DNA of 64,000 bases, from NCBI RefSeq assembly GCF_036365525.1, contig NC_090404.1, positions 12,428,550-12,492,549 on the forward strand. The letters are read 5' to 3'. How positions within the stretch are numbered: the stretch's first letter is position 1; every line of letters starts with the position of its first letter. Of this stretch, positions 36,051 through 48,759 are shown piece by piece. The DNA comes from Heterodontus francisci (taxonomy: Eukaryota). A program made the position numbers and the translations under genes. The notes beneath the pieces are model-generated. The model was not told the DNA's origin, made no database searches, and saw only the letters and a list, made by a program, of their open reading frames with translations.

Positions 36051-36311
36051 CTGTGATAATCTATCTGATACGTATTTTTCATGTATAAGAGATAGATTTG
36101 CAGGAATGCATCTGCATCCTTGGTGACTGTTAATTGAAGTAACAGTGGGCAGTGAATGAGTGAGAGCGAGGACCTCATGTTCTTGCAAAAGGAGCACAGG
36201 AACAGCTGAGGGAATGAGTGCAGACCGGAAGAAAGTCCATTTGGAGCAAGCAATTAATCAGTCAATGAAAGGGAGAGACATATCGGACTTCACTGGCTGG
36301 GCAGGAGTCTG

Positions 36312-39300
36312 GAGACATAGAAATATAGGAAGAGCAGTAGGCTATTCTGCCCATCGAGACAGCCCCGCCATTCAATATGACCATGGCTGATCATCCACAT
36401 CAATGTATTGTTCCCACACTGTCCTCATATCCCCTAATGTCATTGGTATTTAGAAATCTGACAATCTCTGCTTTAAACATACTCAATGACTGAGCTTCCA
36501 CAACCCTCTGGGGTAGAGAATTCCAAAAATTCACAACCCTCTGAGTAAAGAAATTTCTCGTCAGCTCTGTCCTAAGTGGCTTCTCCCTTATTTCAAAATT
36601 GTGTCCCCTGGTTCTAGACTCCCCAACCAGGGGAAACATCTTACCTGAATCAAACTGTCTACCCCTTTAAGTATTTTGTAGGTTTCACTGAGATCGCCCC
36701 TCATTTTTCGAAACTCTAGAGAATACAGGCTCGGTTTCCCCAATCTCTCTTCATAGGACAGTCCGGCCATCCCAGTAACAAGTCTGGTGAACCTTCATTG
36801 CGCTCCCTCTATGGAAATAATATCCTTCCTCGGGTAAGGGGGGCAAACTTGCACACATTACTCAAAGTGTGGTCTAACCACCATTCTACACCTTTGATAC
36901 AAGACTTCGCTACTTCTGTACTCAAATTCTCTTGCGATAAAGGCTAACATACTACTGGCCTTCCTAATTGCTTGGTGCACTTGCATGTTAGCTTTCAGTG
37001 ACTTATTGACAAGGACACCCAGATCTCTGTACATCTACACTTTCTAATCTCTTACCATTTAAGAAACATCTATTCCTCCTACCAAAATGGATAACCTCAC
37101 ATTTTGCACATTATATTCCATCTACCACGTCCTTGCCCATTCACTACGTCTGTCCAAATCACCTTGGAGCTGCTTTGCAACTTCCTCACAACACACATTC
37201 CCACCCAGTTGTGTGTCATCTACGAACGTGGAAATATTACATTTGGCCCCCATATCCAAATCATTGATATATATTGTGAACAGCTGAGGCCCAAGCACTG
37301 ATCCCCACGGTACCCCACTAGTCACAGCCTGCCAACGCGAGAATGAACAGTTTATTCCTACTCTTTGCTTTCTGCCTGTTAACCAATCCTTAATCCATGC
37401 TAGTATATTACCTCCTATCCCACGTGCTTTAATTTTGCTAACCAACATCCTGTGGGGATCTTTATCAAATGCCTTCTGCAAATCCAAGTATACCAAGCCC
37501 ACCGATTCCCCATTATCAATTCTGCTAGTCACATCCTCAGAAAAGTCCAACAGGTTCGTCAAACATAATTTCCCATTAATAAATCCATGTTGACTATGCC
37601 CAATCAGATCATTATTATTCAAGGGTTCATTTATCACATCCTTTAGAATTGATTCCAGTATTTTTCCAACGACTGATTTAAGGCTAACGGGTCTGTAATT
37701 CCCTGTTTTCCCTCTCCCTCCCTTCTTAAATTGTGGGGTAACATTTGCGACCTTCCAATCTTCAGGAACCGCTCCATAATATATTGAATTTTGGAAGATG
37801 ATCACCAATGCATCTACCATCTTCTTAGTTACCTTTTTCAACGCTCTCGGATGTAGAACAAAGGTCTTGGGGATTTATTAACCTTCAGCCCATTAATTTC
37901 TCCAATACAACCTTCTTACCATTACTAATTTTCTTCAATTCCTCATTCCCCATAATTCATTGGATCTCAAATTGTGGGAGATTTCTTGTATCTTCCTCAG
38001 TGAAGACAGACACAAAGTAATCATTTAGCTTCTCTGCCATTTCTCTGTTCCCCATTATAAATTCTCCTGATTCTGCCTGTAATGGACCCACATTTGTCTT
38101 AGCCAAACGTTTCCTTTTTACGTACCTGTAGAAACTTTTACAGTACGTTTTTATGTCTTTTGCTACCTTACCTTCATATTCTATTCTCCCTTTCTTTATC
38201 TGTTTCTTGGTCCTCCTTTGCTGTATTCTAAAATCCTCTCAATCCGCAGGTTTACTGCTATTTCTGGCAATTTTATAGGCCACCTCTTTTAATCTTACAC
38301 AATCGGTAACTTATTTTGTTATCCATAGTTGACTGCGTTTACTTTTGGAGGTTTTGTGCCTTGAAGGAATGTATAGTTGCTGTAAACTATGGAATATTTC
38401 TTTAAAGACTATCCATTGCCTATGTACTGTCATGCTTTTTCATGTATTTTCCAAATCCACCTCAGCTAATTTGCCCCTCCTACCTTCATAATTTCCTTTG
38501 TTCAAATTTAACACCCTGGCTTCAGATTGAACTACATCACCTTCAAACATATTGTAAAATTCAATTATGGTCACTTATCCCTAAATGTTCTTTTACAACT
38601 AGATTATTAATTAGCCCTTTCTCATTACATAAAATTAGATCTAAAATAGCCTGTTCTCCAGTCGGTTCCTCAACATATTGTACTAAAACACCATCCCTAA
38701 CACACTCCAGAAACTCCTCCTCCACAGCATTCGTGCTCATTAGGTTTACCCAGTCTATATGAAGATTGATGTCACCCATGATTAGTGTATTATCCATGCC
38801 ACATGCTTCTCTAATCTCCTGATTAATACCATGCCCCACTACTGTTTGGTGGCCTATGAACAACTCCTATCAATGTTTGCTGCCACTTGCTGTTTCTTAG
38901 CTCCACCCAAACAGATTCCAGATTTTGTTCTTCCGATCTGATATCCTCCCTTACTAATGGGCTAATCCCATCCCTTATTATCAGCGCAACACCACTTCCT
39001 TTTCCTTTTTGCCTGTCCTTCCTAAATGTCAAATATCCTTGAATATTCAGTTCCCAGTCTTGGTCACTTTTCCGTAATGGCAATTAGATCATACCCATTT
39101 ACCTCTGTTTGGGCCTTTAAATCATCTACCTTGTTGCAGATGCTGCATGTATTCAGGGAGAGGGCCCTTAGCCTTCTCTTCTTGACATTCTGCATTCTAA
39201 GCCTAGTTGATGTTCTTTTTCCGCCTGACTTCTAATATCACTTTCTACTTTTCTACCTCCTGTTACACGCTTTACTTCCTTCCAATTTCAGCTATCCCTC

Positions 39301-40180
39301 AGGTTCCCATCCCCCTGTCAAGCTAGTTGAAACCATCCCCAGCAGCACTAGCAAATCACCTAGTGAGGATATTAGTTCCGGTCATTGTAAAGGTTTAGTT
39401 TAGTGATACAGCACTGAAACAGGCCCTTCGGGCCACCGAGTCTGTGCCGACCATCAACCACCCATTTATACTCATCCTACACTAATCCCATATTCCTATC
39501 ACATCCCCACCTGTCCCTAGATTCCCCTACCACCTACCTATACGAGGGGCAATTTATAATGGCCAATTAACCTATCAACCTGCAAGTCTTTGGCATGTGG
39601 GAGGAAACCGGAGCACCCGAAGGAAACCCACGCAGACACAGGGAGAACTTACAAACTCTGCACAGGCAGTACCCAGAATCGAACCCAGGTCCCTGGAGCT
39701 GTGAGACTGCGGTGCTAACCACTGTGCCGCCCGTCCATCATGTACAGGTCCCACCTGCCCAAGAACTGGTCCCACTGCCTCAGAAATCTGATGCCCTCCC
39801 TCCTACACCAATCCTCCAGCCATGTGTTCAATCGATCAATTCTCCTCTTACTATGCTAACTAGCACGTGCCACTGGGAGTAATCCTGAGATTACTGCTTT
39901 GGAGGTCCTGCTTTTTACTTTCCTTCCTAACTCCGTAAAAGCTGCTTTCAGAACCTCATCCCTCTTTCTACCTTTGTCTTTGGTACCAATGTGGACACCC
40001 TCCCGCAGAAGGATGTCTTGCAGCTGCTCCGTGACATCCTTGACCCTGGCACCAAGGAGGCAACACACCATTCTGGAGTGACGTTTACTGCCACAGAAAC
40101 ATCAGTCTTATCCCCTGCCTATTGGATCCCCTATCACTATTGCTCTTCCACTCTTCTTCCTCCCTTCCTGTGCAGCTGAG
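36312..40180 (-). mobile_element. degenerate long CR1 LINE (ORF1 esterase, ORF2, tail) with a nested SINE
   Basis: ORFs 37122-37841, 38561-39083 and 39856-40071. Confidence 0.9.
39394..39732 (-). mobile_element. tRNA-derived SINE (HE1-like)
   Basis: Near-identical to 9289-9651. Confidence 0.9.
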
Positions 40181-40189
40181 CCGCATCAT

Positions 40190-40950
40190 GGAGCCCTGGC
40201 CAAACTGGAGTCAATGGGAATCAGGGGGGAAACCCTCCGCTGGTTGGAGTTATACCTAACACAAGTGAAGATGGTTGCTGTTGTTGGAGGCCAATCATCT
40301 CAGCTCCAGGACATCACTGCAGGAGTTCCTCAGGGTAGTGTCTGAGGCCCAACCATCTTCAGCTGCTTCATCAATGAGCTTCCTTCAATCATAAGGTCAG
40401 AAGAGGGGATGTTCGCTGATGATTGCACGATATTAAGCACCATTTGCGACTCCTCAGTTACTGAAGCAGTCCGTGTCGAAATTCAACAAGACCTGGACAA
40501 TATCCAGGCTTGGGCTGATAAGTGGCAAGTAACATTCGCACCACACAAGTGCCAGGCAATGACCACCTCCAACAAGAGAGAATCTAACCATCTTCCCTTA
40601 ACCTTTAATGGCATTAGCATCGCTGAACCCCCACTATCAACATCCTAGAGGCTACCATTGACCAGAAACGGAACTGGAAAAGCCATATAAATACCTTGGC
40701 TACAAGAGCAGGTCAGAAGCTAGGAATCCTGTGGCCAGTAACTCACCTCCTGTCTCTCCAAATCCTGTCCACCATCTACAAGGCACAAGTCAGGAGTTCG
40801 ATGGAATACTCTCCACTTGCCTGGATGGTTGCAGCTCCAACAAGAAGCTCGACACCATCCAGAACAAAGCAGCCCGCTTAATTGGCACCCCATCCACAGA
40901 CATTCACTCCCTCCACCACCGAGGTACAGTGGCAGCAGTGTGTACCGTGT
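40190..40950 (+). mobile_element. L2/Crack-like LINE RT fragment
   Basis: GVPQGSV, MFADD..QQDLDNIQAWADKW. Confidence 0.8.
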
Positions 40951-41429
40951 AAATAACTTCTTCCTAATGTCTTTACTTGTTCTGTCTGTGACTGTCTTTT
41001 ATTTATGGCGCTTTGTTCTGGACTCACTGACAATTGAAAACATTTTTCCCACTTGTACCCCTTGGAACTTTAGCATTTTAATTATGTCCGACCGGTCTCC
41101 TCGTTGACATCTCTTTTCCAGAGACAAGACCCTCAGGCTGTTCAATCTTTTCAGATAGGTGTGGATTGCTGTTGATGTCTTTTTTCAGGGATATTAGAAA
41201 TACAAGTTTGATAAAAGGTCTGGAATCCAATCACCACCCGTCCCTCCAGTAGAGCTCACTTCCCGGTGTCGGATTGTAATTTGAACAACCCTGGGACTAG
41301 TTTTTGTTTTGTTTACATCGATCAAGTAATTGGAATTCCTTTTTCAGTTAAGAGGTACGTTACCTTTCTTGCAGTTTTAAACAGGGGTATACTAACACTC
41401 TGAGAGTATCTGTCGCTAGTTAATTAGAT

Positions 41430-42100
41430 AGCTAGCTGAAACTGGTTTCTGAGCTGCAGCAGAGCTGATACAGCATTGTTTCAGAGTATAAATGCAGGGG
41501 GATCTCAGTGCTGCTTGTATGCATTGAGTTCTGCTGGAGGACACAGAGTGTGAAGATGAGAGTTTGGCAATTGAGGGCGCTTGGTAAGGAGGGGAAGTAA
41601 AAATTAAGAAGAAAATACATTTGAGTGCACAGAGTGTAAAGTTGGAGTTGGGTGCGTGAGGGTGGGTCCTTTCGTTCTTTCTTTCTTCTACCCTTTTTCA
41701 GTCGCCTTTCTTTTCGGTAGAGGGGAAGAAGTTGATTGGTGAGTAACTGATAAGTTATTTTGCTTCTCATTGTAATAAAAGGTTTTTTAAAGTTACATTA
41801 TGGCAGGTCAGCTTGGCCAAGTGGAATGTACGTCCTGTGGCATTTGGGAAGTCATGGACACACTACTTGTCCTCGTCGAACACATCTGCTGGAAGTGTCA
41901 CCGACTGCAGAAGCTTCAGCTCCGGGTTTTGGAAATCGAGCGGCGGCTGGAGTCACTGTTGTGCATCCATGAGGCAGAAGACTACATGGATAGCACGTAT
42001 AGGGAGGTGGTCGGACCGCAGGTTAGGAGCTTACAGGCAGAGAGGGAATGGGTGACCACTAGGAAATGTAAGACAGGCAGTGCAGGAGTCCCCTGAGTCT
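41430..42100 (+). mobile_element. CR1 5' UTR and ORF1 N-terminus
   Basis: ORF 41800-42096 (VECTSCGIWE..HICWKC..L..RV.E.E.L). Confidence 0.75.
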
Positions 42101-42109
42101 ATCTTGCTT

Positions 42110-42455
42110 TTTTTTTATTCATTCATGGGATGTGGGCGTCGCTGGCTAGGCCAGCATTTATTGCCCATTCCTAATTGCCCTTGTGAAGGTAGTGGTGAGC
42201 TGCCTTCCTGAACCGCTGCAGTCCATGTGGGGTAGGTACACCCACAGTGCTGTTCGGAAGGGAGTTCCAGGATTTTGACCCAGCGACAGTGAAGGAACGG
42301 CGATATAGTTCCAAGTCAGGATGGTGTGTGACTTGGAGGAGAACTTGCAGGTGGTGGTGTTCCATGTATTTGCTGCCCTTGTCCTTCTCAGTGGTAGAGG
42401 TCGTAGGTTTGGAAGGTGCTGTCTAAGGAGCCTTGGTGCGTTGATGCAGTGCATC
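42110..42455 (-). mobile_element. L2/Crack-like LINE 3' end
   Basis: Matches the 3' ends at ~3700-3856 and 19403-19750; poly-T at 42107-42116. Confidence 0.8.
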
Positions 42456-43668
42456 GTGTATTTACACAGAGGGAAGTCAGAAACGTGGAAATCGCTGCCA
42501 GAGGGAATAGTTGGAGAATATGGCATTCACGCACTGTCGGGGAGGCGTGAAAATACTAAAGGAAGAAAGGAATAAAGGGACAAAGAGGTCAGGACGGGAA
42601 GAGGTTATTGAAGTGGGAGGTGGCTCTTGTGGAATATAAAATCCGGCACATACCAGTTGGGCCGAATGGCCTACTCCTGTTCTGCAGATTCAGGATAATA
42701 TTAAACTTAGAGAAACTCCCCTTTGGGAACAGGGTAGATACTCAGCCAATGGGCTGTGTGAATTGAAATTGTCAGTCAGCCGGAAGAGCAGGTTCTCAGT
42801 AAGTAACAGTAAAACCAATGCGGAAACTGCACAAACTGAACCCAACTGACAACTGAGAGACTTTGGGACAAGTTCCCAATACGGCAAAAAGCGCAACTAG
42901 TACAAAATGAGCGACCCAGATGTAGAAATAAAACAAAAAATACCCGTATAAATCCGAGATTAAAGTGAAACTGAACAAAGCGGGCCCTGTACTGGGAAAA
43001 TATAAACAAAGAGAGCTTGAGGTAGGCAGGAACTCCCTTGAAGCGTGAAACTGTAGTGAAACTCTGATCTTTTAAACAAAGACGTCAAGCGTCACTTCGC
43101 TCAATCGCTCTCATGTATCTCACTGCTTTCTGTTGCATCTTGCATCATAAACATAACACAACTGCGCTACTATCAGTCTACCACTTCTTTTTGCAAGGTG
43201 ATTGTCTCCGCGAGGAGAATAGACGATTCAATTGTTTCCACTGTCTGTCTTTCACCAAGAAAAATAGAAGCAGAAATTTAAGAATGATACAACACGGAAT
43301 GAAATCATTCAGCCTATCTTGTATGTTAAAGAGCTATTCAATTAGTCCCACTCGCCCTGGTATTTTTCCACCCCGCTAACAATTCCTCCTTCTCCAGTAT
43401 CTATCCAATTCCCTGTTGAAAGCTGTTATTGAATCTGCTTCCACCACCTTTTCAGACAGTGCATTCCACATCACAACAACTCGCTGTATAAATAGATTTC
43501 TCCGGAGCTCCTAGTTTGTTCTTTTGCCAATTAAAATCAATAAAGTTCGAACGGACTTCAGATGAAGAACAGCATTACCGCGGAAGGCAGAGCTCTGCCT
43601 GTGATTGACAAGTGTCTCCGGGTAAACAGCAACTAAAGACATAATAATACTACATTTTTATCCTGCAG

Positions 43669-43974
43669 ATTCCAGTTCCCTGGTGTCCCAGAGTACGCCT
43701 CAACAAACTTCTGCTGCCGGCAACACCGTTACTTTAAGCTGCGAATATTCAGGGTTCTGTCAGTGCACAGTACACTGGTACCGTCAGTCCCCAGGGCAGG
43801 CTCCGAAATACCTGATTCAGACATACACTTCAGGAAAGCAGAATGAAGATAATGCAGCCGGGGGACGAATTTCTGCTTCTCTCGATCCTGCCGAGAAAAT
43901 CAGCCAGTTAAAAATTGCCAAATTGCAACTGAGCGACTCCGCTGTTTATTACTGTGCACTGAGTCAGCGTGAAG
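43669..43974 (+). CDS. TRDV: open 'supporting' TCR delta V of the NAR-TCR cassette (no conventional leader)
   Basis: Acceptor TCCTGCAG in the same phase as the J donor; DSSSLVSQSTPQQTSAAGNTVTLSCEYSGFCQCTVHWYRQ..LQLSDSAVYYCALSQRE; non-canonical CDR1 Cys; no typical leader nearby. Confidence 0.88.
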
Positions 43975-44270
43975 CACAGTGACACAGAGCACGGAGAGAG
44001 CTGTACAAAACCCTGAACATTGTAGGGATTACAGACACACAGTGACACAGAGCACGGAGAGAGCTGTACAAAAACCTGAACATGGTGGGGTTTGCAGCCA
44101 TACAGTGATGCAGAGCATGGAGAGAGCTGTTCAGAAACCTGAACATAGTGGGGATTACAGCCATAGAGTGATACAGAGCACGGAGAGAGCTGTACAGAAA
44201 CCTGAACATAGTGGGGATTACAGCCATAGAGTGATACAGAGCACGGAGAGAGCTGTACAGAAACCTGAAC
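43975..44270 (+). repeat. tandem array of five 23-RSSs (63-bp period)
   Basis: Heptamers at 43975, 44038, 44101, 44164 and 44227; nonamers at 44005, 44068, 44131, 44194 and 44257; all spacers 23 bp. Confidence 0.95.
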
Positions 44271-46554
44271 AGAGAACAACCACAGAAAAAATACGGCATG
44301 GAAGGAGGCTATTCAGCCAGTCGTGTCAGTGCTGGCTGGGAAAAAAAACTCGCCGCCCCATCTAATCCCACCTTCCAGCACCTGGTCCATAGTCTTGCTG
44401 GTTGCAGCACTTCAGGTGCCTGTCCAGATTCCTTTTAAAAGAATTGAAGTTTCTGCCTCTACCACCGTTCCTGGCACTGAATTCCAGACACCCTCTGGGT
44501 GAAAATGTTTTCCTCATGTCCCCTCTAATCCTTCTACTAACCACCTTAAATCTGTGCCCTCTGGTAATTGATCTCTACGCTAGGGGAAACAGGTCCTTCC
44601 TGTCTACTCTATCTAGGCCCCTCATATTTTCATACACCTCTATTAAATCACCCCTCAGCCTCCTCTGTTCGAAGGAAAACAACTCTAGCCTATCCAATCT
44701 TTCCTCATAGCTGCAACTTTTGAGTCCTGGCAACATTCTTGTAAATCTTCTCTCTATTCTCTCCAGAGCAATGATGTCCTTTCTGTAATGTGGTGACCAG
44801 AACTGTGCACAATACTCCAACTGTGGCCGAACCAGTGTTTTACACAGTTCCAGCATTACATCCCTGCTTTTGAATTCTATACCTTGGCCAATAAAGGAAA
44901 GCATTCCATATTCCTTCTTCATCACTCTATCTACCTGTCCTGCCACCTTCAGGGACCTGTGGACATGCACTCCAAGGTCTCTCACTTCTTCTACCCCTCT
45001 CAGTATCCTCTCTTTTATTATGTATTCTCTAGCATTATTTGTCCTCCCCAAATGCATTACCTCACACTTTTCTGGATCGAATTCCATTTGCCACTTTTCC
45101 GCCCACTCAACTAATCAATTGATATTTTTCTGGAGTCTAAGGCTATCCTCTTCACTATCAACTACACAGCCAATTTTTGTGTCATCGGCAAATTTCCCAA
45201 TTATGCCTCCAACATTTAAGTCCAAATCATTAATATATATCACAAACAGCAAGGGACCCAACACTGAGCCCTGTGTAACGCCACTGGAAACAGATTCCCA
45301 TTAACAAAAACATCCTTCTACCACTACCCTTTGTTTCCTGTCCCTGAGCCAATTCTAGATCGAGCCTGCTACATTACCCTGTATCCCATGGGCTTTCATT
45401 TTACTGACCAGTCTGCCATGTGGGACCTTGTCAAATGCCTTACTAAAATCCATGTGGATCAAATCCACTGCACTACTCTCATCAATGCTTCTTGTTACTT
45501 CTTCAAAAAACTCAATTGAGTTAGTAAGACATGACCTTCATTTAACAAATTCATGCTGACTATCCCTGATTAATCCTTGCCTTTCTAAATGGCAGTTTAT
45601 CCTGTCCCTCAGAATCGGTTCTAACAATTTACCCAGCACCGAGGTCAGACTGACTGGCATATAATTATCTGACCTATCCCTAGCACCCTTTTTAAACAAT
45701 GGTACAACATTCGCAGACCTCCTATCATCTGATAACTTTCCTTTATCTGGTGAGGATTTGAAGATAATTCTCAGCGCATCTGTTATTTCCTCCCTGGCTT
45801 CCTTTAACATCCTGGGATGCAATCCATCTGGCCCTGGCGTTTTATCCACTTGCAAAAATGACAGACCCTTTAGTACTTCCTCTCTCATTATGTTTATCGC
45901 ATCCAATATTTCACACTCCTCTTTAACCACAATGTCTACATCAACCCGCTCCTTTGTGAAGACAGAGACAAAAAGCTAATTATGAACCCTGACCACATCT
46001 TCTGCATCCACGCATAAGTTCCCTTCTACATCTCTGATAGGCCCGACCCTTTCCTTAGTTATCCTCTTGCTCTTAATGTACTGATAAAACATCTTTGGGG
46101 TTTCCTTAATTTTACCTGCCAATAATTTTTCATGTCCTCTCTTTGCTTTTCTAAATTCATTTTTTACTTCACCCTTGCACTTTCTGCTCTCCTCTAGGCT
46201 TTCTAAAGTATTAAGATTTTTGTCATCGTCATAAGCTTTCTTTTTCTGCTTCAACATAACCTGTAAGCTTCTAGATACCAGGGGCTCTCGAATTGGCAGT
46301 ACCACCCTTTATCTTTGTGGGGACATGCCGACACTGTGCCTGTAGTGTCTCGCTTTTGGATGCCTCCCACTGGTTTGCCACTGATTTTCCTCCAAGTAGC
46401 TGTATCCAGTCCTCTTTTACCAGGTCACCTCTCGGTTTCTCAAAATTTGCCTTCCACCAATTTAGAACTTTTACTCCTGTTTTATTTTTGTCCTTTTCCA
46501 TGATTATGCTAAAACGTACTGTATTGTGGTCACTATCTCCAAAATAGTCACCCA

Positions 46555-47137
46555 TCATTGAGTACAAGAGTTGGGACATCATGTTACAGTTGTACATAAC
46601 GTTGGTTAGGCCGCATTTGGAGTACTGTGTGCACTTCTGGTCACCGCACTACAGGAAAGATGTGATTAAGCTGGAGAGGGTGCAGAAAAGATTCACAAGG
46701 ATGTTGCCTGGTTTGGAGGGCTTGAGTTATAAAGAGGGATTGGATAGGCTGGGTCTGTTTTCCTTAGAGCGAAGGAGGCTGACAGCGGACATGATAGAGG
46801 TATATAAAATTATAAAATAGCCGGAGTCTGTTTCCCATGGTAGGGGTGACTCAAACTAGAGGGCATACATTTAAAGTGAGAGGGAGGAGGTTTAAAGGGG
46901 ATCAAAGGGGTAAATTTTTCAAACAAATAATAGTGGGTATCTGGAATGAGCTGCCTGAGGAGGTGGTAGTGGCAGGAACAGTAGCGACATTTAAGAGGCA
47001 TCTGGACAGGTACTTGAATGAGCAAGTCATAGAGGGATATGGAATTAATGCAGGCAGTTGGGATTAGTATTGATAGGCATTATGGATGCGATGGGCCGAA
47101 GGGCTTGTTTCTATGCTGTACGACTCTATGACTCTAT
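46555..47137 (+). mobile_element. CR1 3' fragment nested in the opposite orientation
   Basis: ORFs 46581-47067 and (GACTCTAT)n tail. Confidence 0.85.
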
Positions 47138-48419
47138 TGTTACTTCCTCCACTTGCCCAGCTTCATTACCGAAGACTAAATCTAGGATTGCGGCCCCTCG
47201 CATTGGGCTTGTTACGTGCTGGATAAAAAATGTTCTCTTGAATGTAGTTCAAGAATTTTATGCCTGCTGTGTGCTTCACACTGTTTGTATCCCAGTTGAT
47301 ATTGGGGTAGTTGAAATCCCCAACTATTATTGCCCTATAGCTTTTGCACTCAGAAAGTTGCCCACATATTTGTTCATTTACCTCCCTCTCATTATTTCGG
47401 GGCTTATAGTACACTCCTAGTGTGGCTACCCCTTTTTTATTTCTGAGCTCCACCCATATGGCCTCATTTGATGATTCATTTAGCATGTCATCCCTCCTCA
47501 AATCTGTTATTGATTGCTTAACTAATAATGTTATACGCCCTCCTTTTTATCTCCCTCTCCATCCCGCCTGAAAACTCTGTTTCCAGGGATGCTGAGTAGC
47601 CACTCTTGCCCCTCCTTAAGCCACGTTTCCATTGTAGCAACGATATCATGTTGCCATGTGTCTATCTGTGCCCTCAGCTCAACGGCTTTACTTACTATAC
47701 TCTTTGCATTTAAATAAATACCCTTTAATACTGCCAAATTCTTGTGTTGCACACTTTTTAACCTTTGCTTCTTCTGTCTTTCAGAATCACTCGCTAATTT
47801 TCTACCTCCTGTTCCCTGCCCTGCAATTGTCCGATCTAACACTGTGCTCAGGTTTCCATCCCCCTGCCAAGTGAATTTAAACCATCCCCAACAGCATGAG
47901 CAAACCTCCCTGCAAGGATATTTGTCCCAGTCCTGTTCAGGTGCAGACTGTCTGGCTTGTACAGGGCCCACCTTCCCCAGAACCGATCCCAATGCTCCAG
48001 AAATCGGAAGCCCTCCCTACTGCACCATGTCTCCAGCCATGCATTCATCTGGTGTATTTTCCTATTTCTATACTCACTAGCATGTGGCCTTGGGAGCAAT
48101 CCGGAGATTACTATCTTTGAGGTCCTGCTTGCTAATCTCGTTCCTAACCCCCTAAACTCAGCCTGCAGGACTGCATCCCTCTTTCTTTCTATATCGTTGG
48201 TAACAATGTGGACCACGACCTCTGGCTGTGCACCCTCGCCCTCCAGAATGCCCTGTAGCCTCTCAGTGATGTTCATGACCCTTGCATTAGGAATCACGTC
48301 TGCGACCACAAAAACGCCTATCTGTTCCCTAACTTTCGAATCCACTATTACTATTGCTGTTTTGTCCTTTCCCCTCCCTCCCTGCACATCTGCACCACCC
48401 ATGGTGTTCTGGTTATGAC

Positions 48420-48759
48420 TTTAGTTTAGAGATACAGCACTGAAACAGGCCCTTCGGCCCACTGAGTCTGTGCCGACCAACAACCACCCATTTATACTAA
48501 TCCTACACTAATCCCATCTTCCTACCACATCCCCATCTGTCCCTATATTTCCCTACCACCTACCTATACTAGGTGCAATTTATAATGGCCAATTTACCTA
48601 CCAAACTGCAAGTCTTTTGGCTTGTGGGAGGAAACCGGAGAACCCGGAGAAAACCCACACAGACACAGGGAGAACTTGCAAACTCCACACAGGCAGTACC
48701 CAGAATTGAACCCGGGTCGCTGGAGCTGTGAGGCTGCGGTGCTAACCACTGCGCCGCCC
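48420..48759 (-). mobile_element. tRNA-derived SINE (HE1-like)
   Basis: Near-identical to 9289-9651. Confidence 0.9.

Noticed and set aside
43562-43621. ATG plus GT just upstream of the supporting V as a candidate leader
   Set aside because: The peptide is hydrophilic and the implied intron is only ~47 nt.
43975-44270. CRISPR-like appearance of the repeat array
   Set aside because: The linkers are homologous to each other rather than unique spacers, the context is vertebrate with no cas genes, and the unit is an RSS.
43908-44365. Three overlapping repetitive ORFs (111-128 aa)
   Set aside because: By-products of the 63-bp RSS repeat, whose period is a multiple of 3; no coding evidence.
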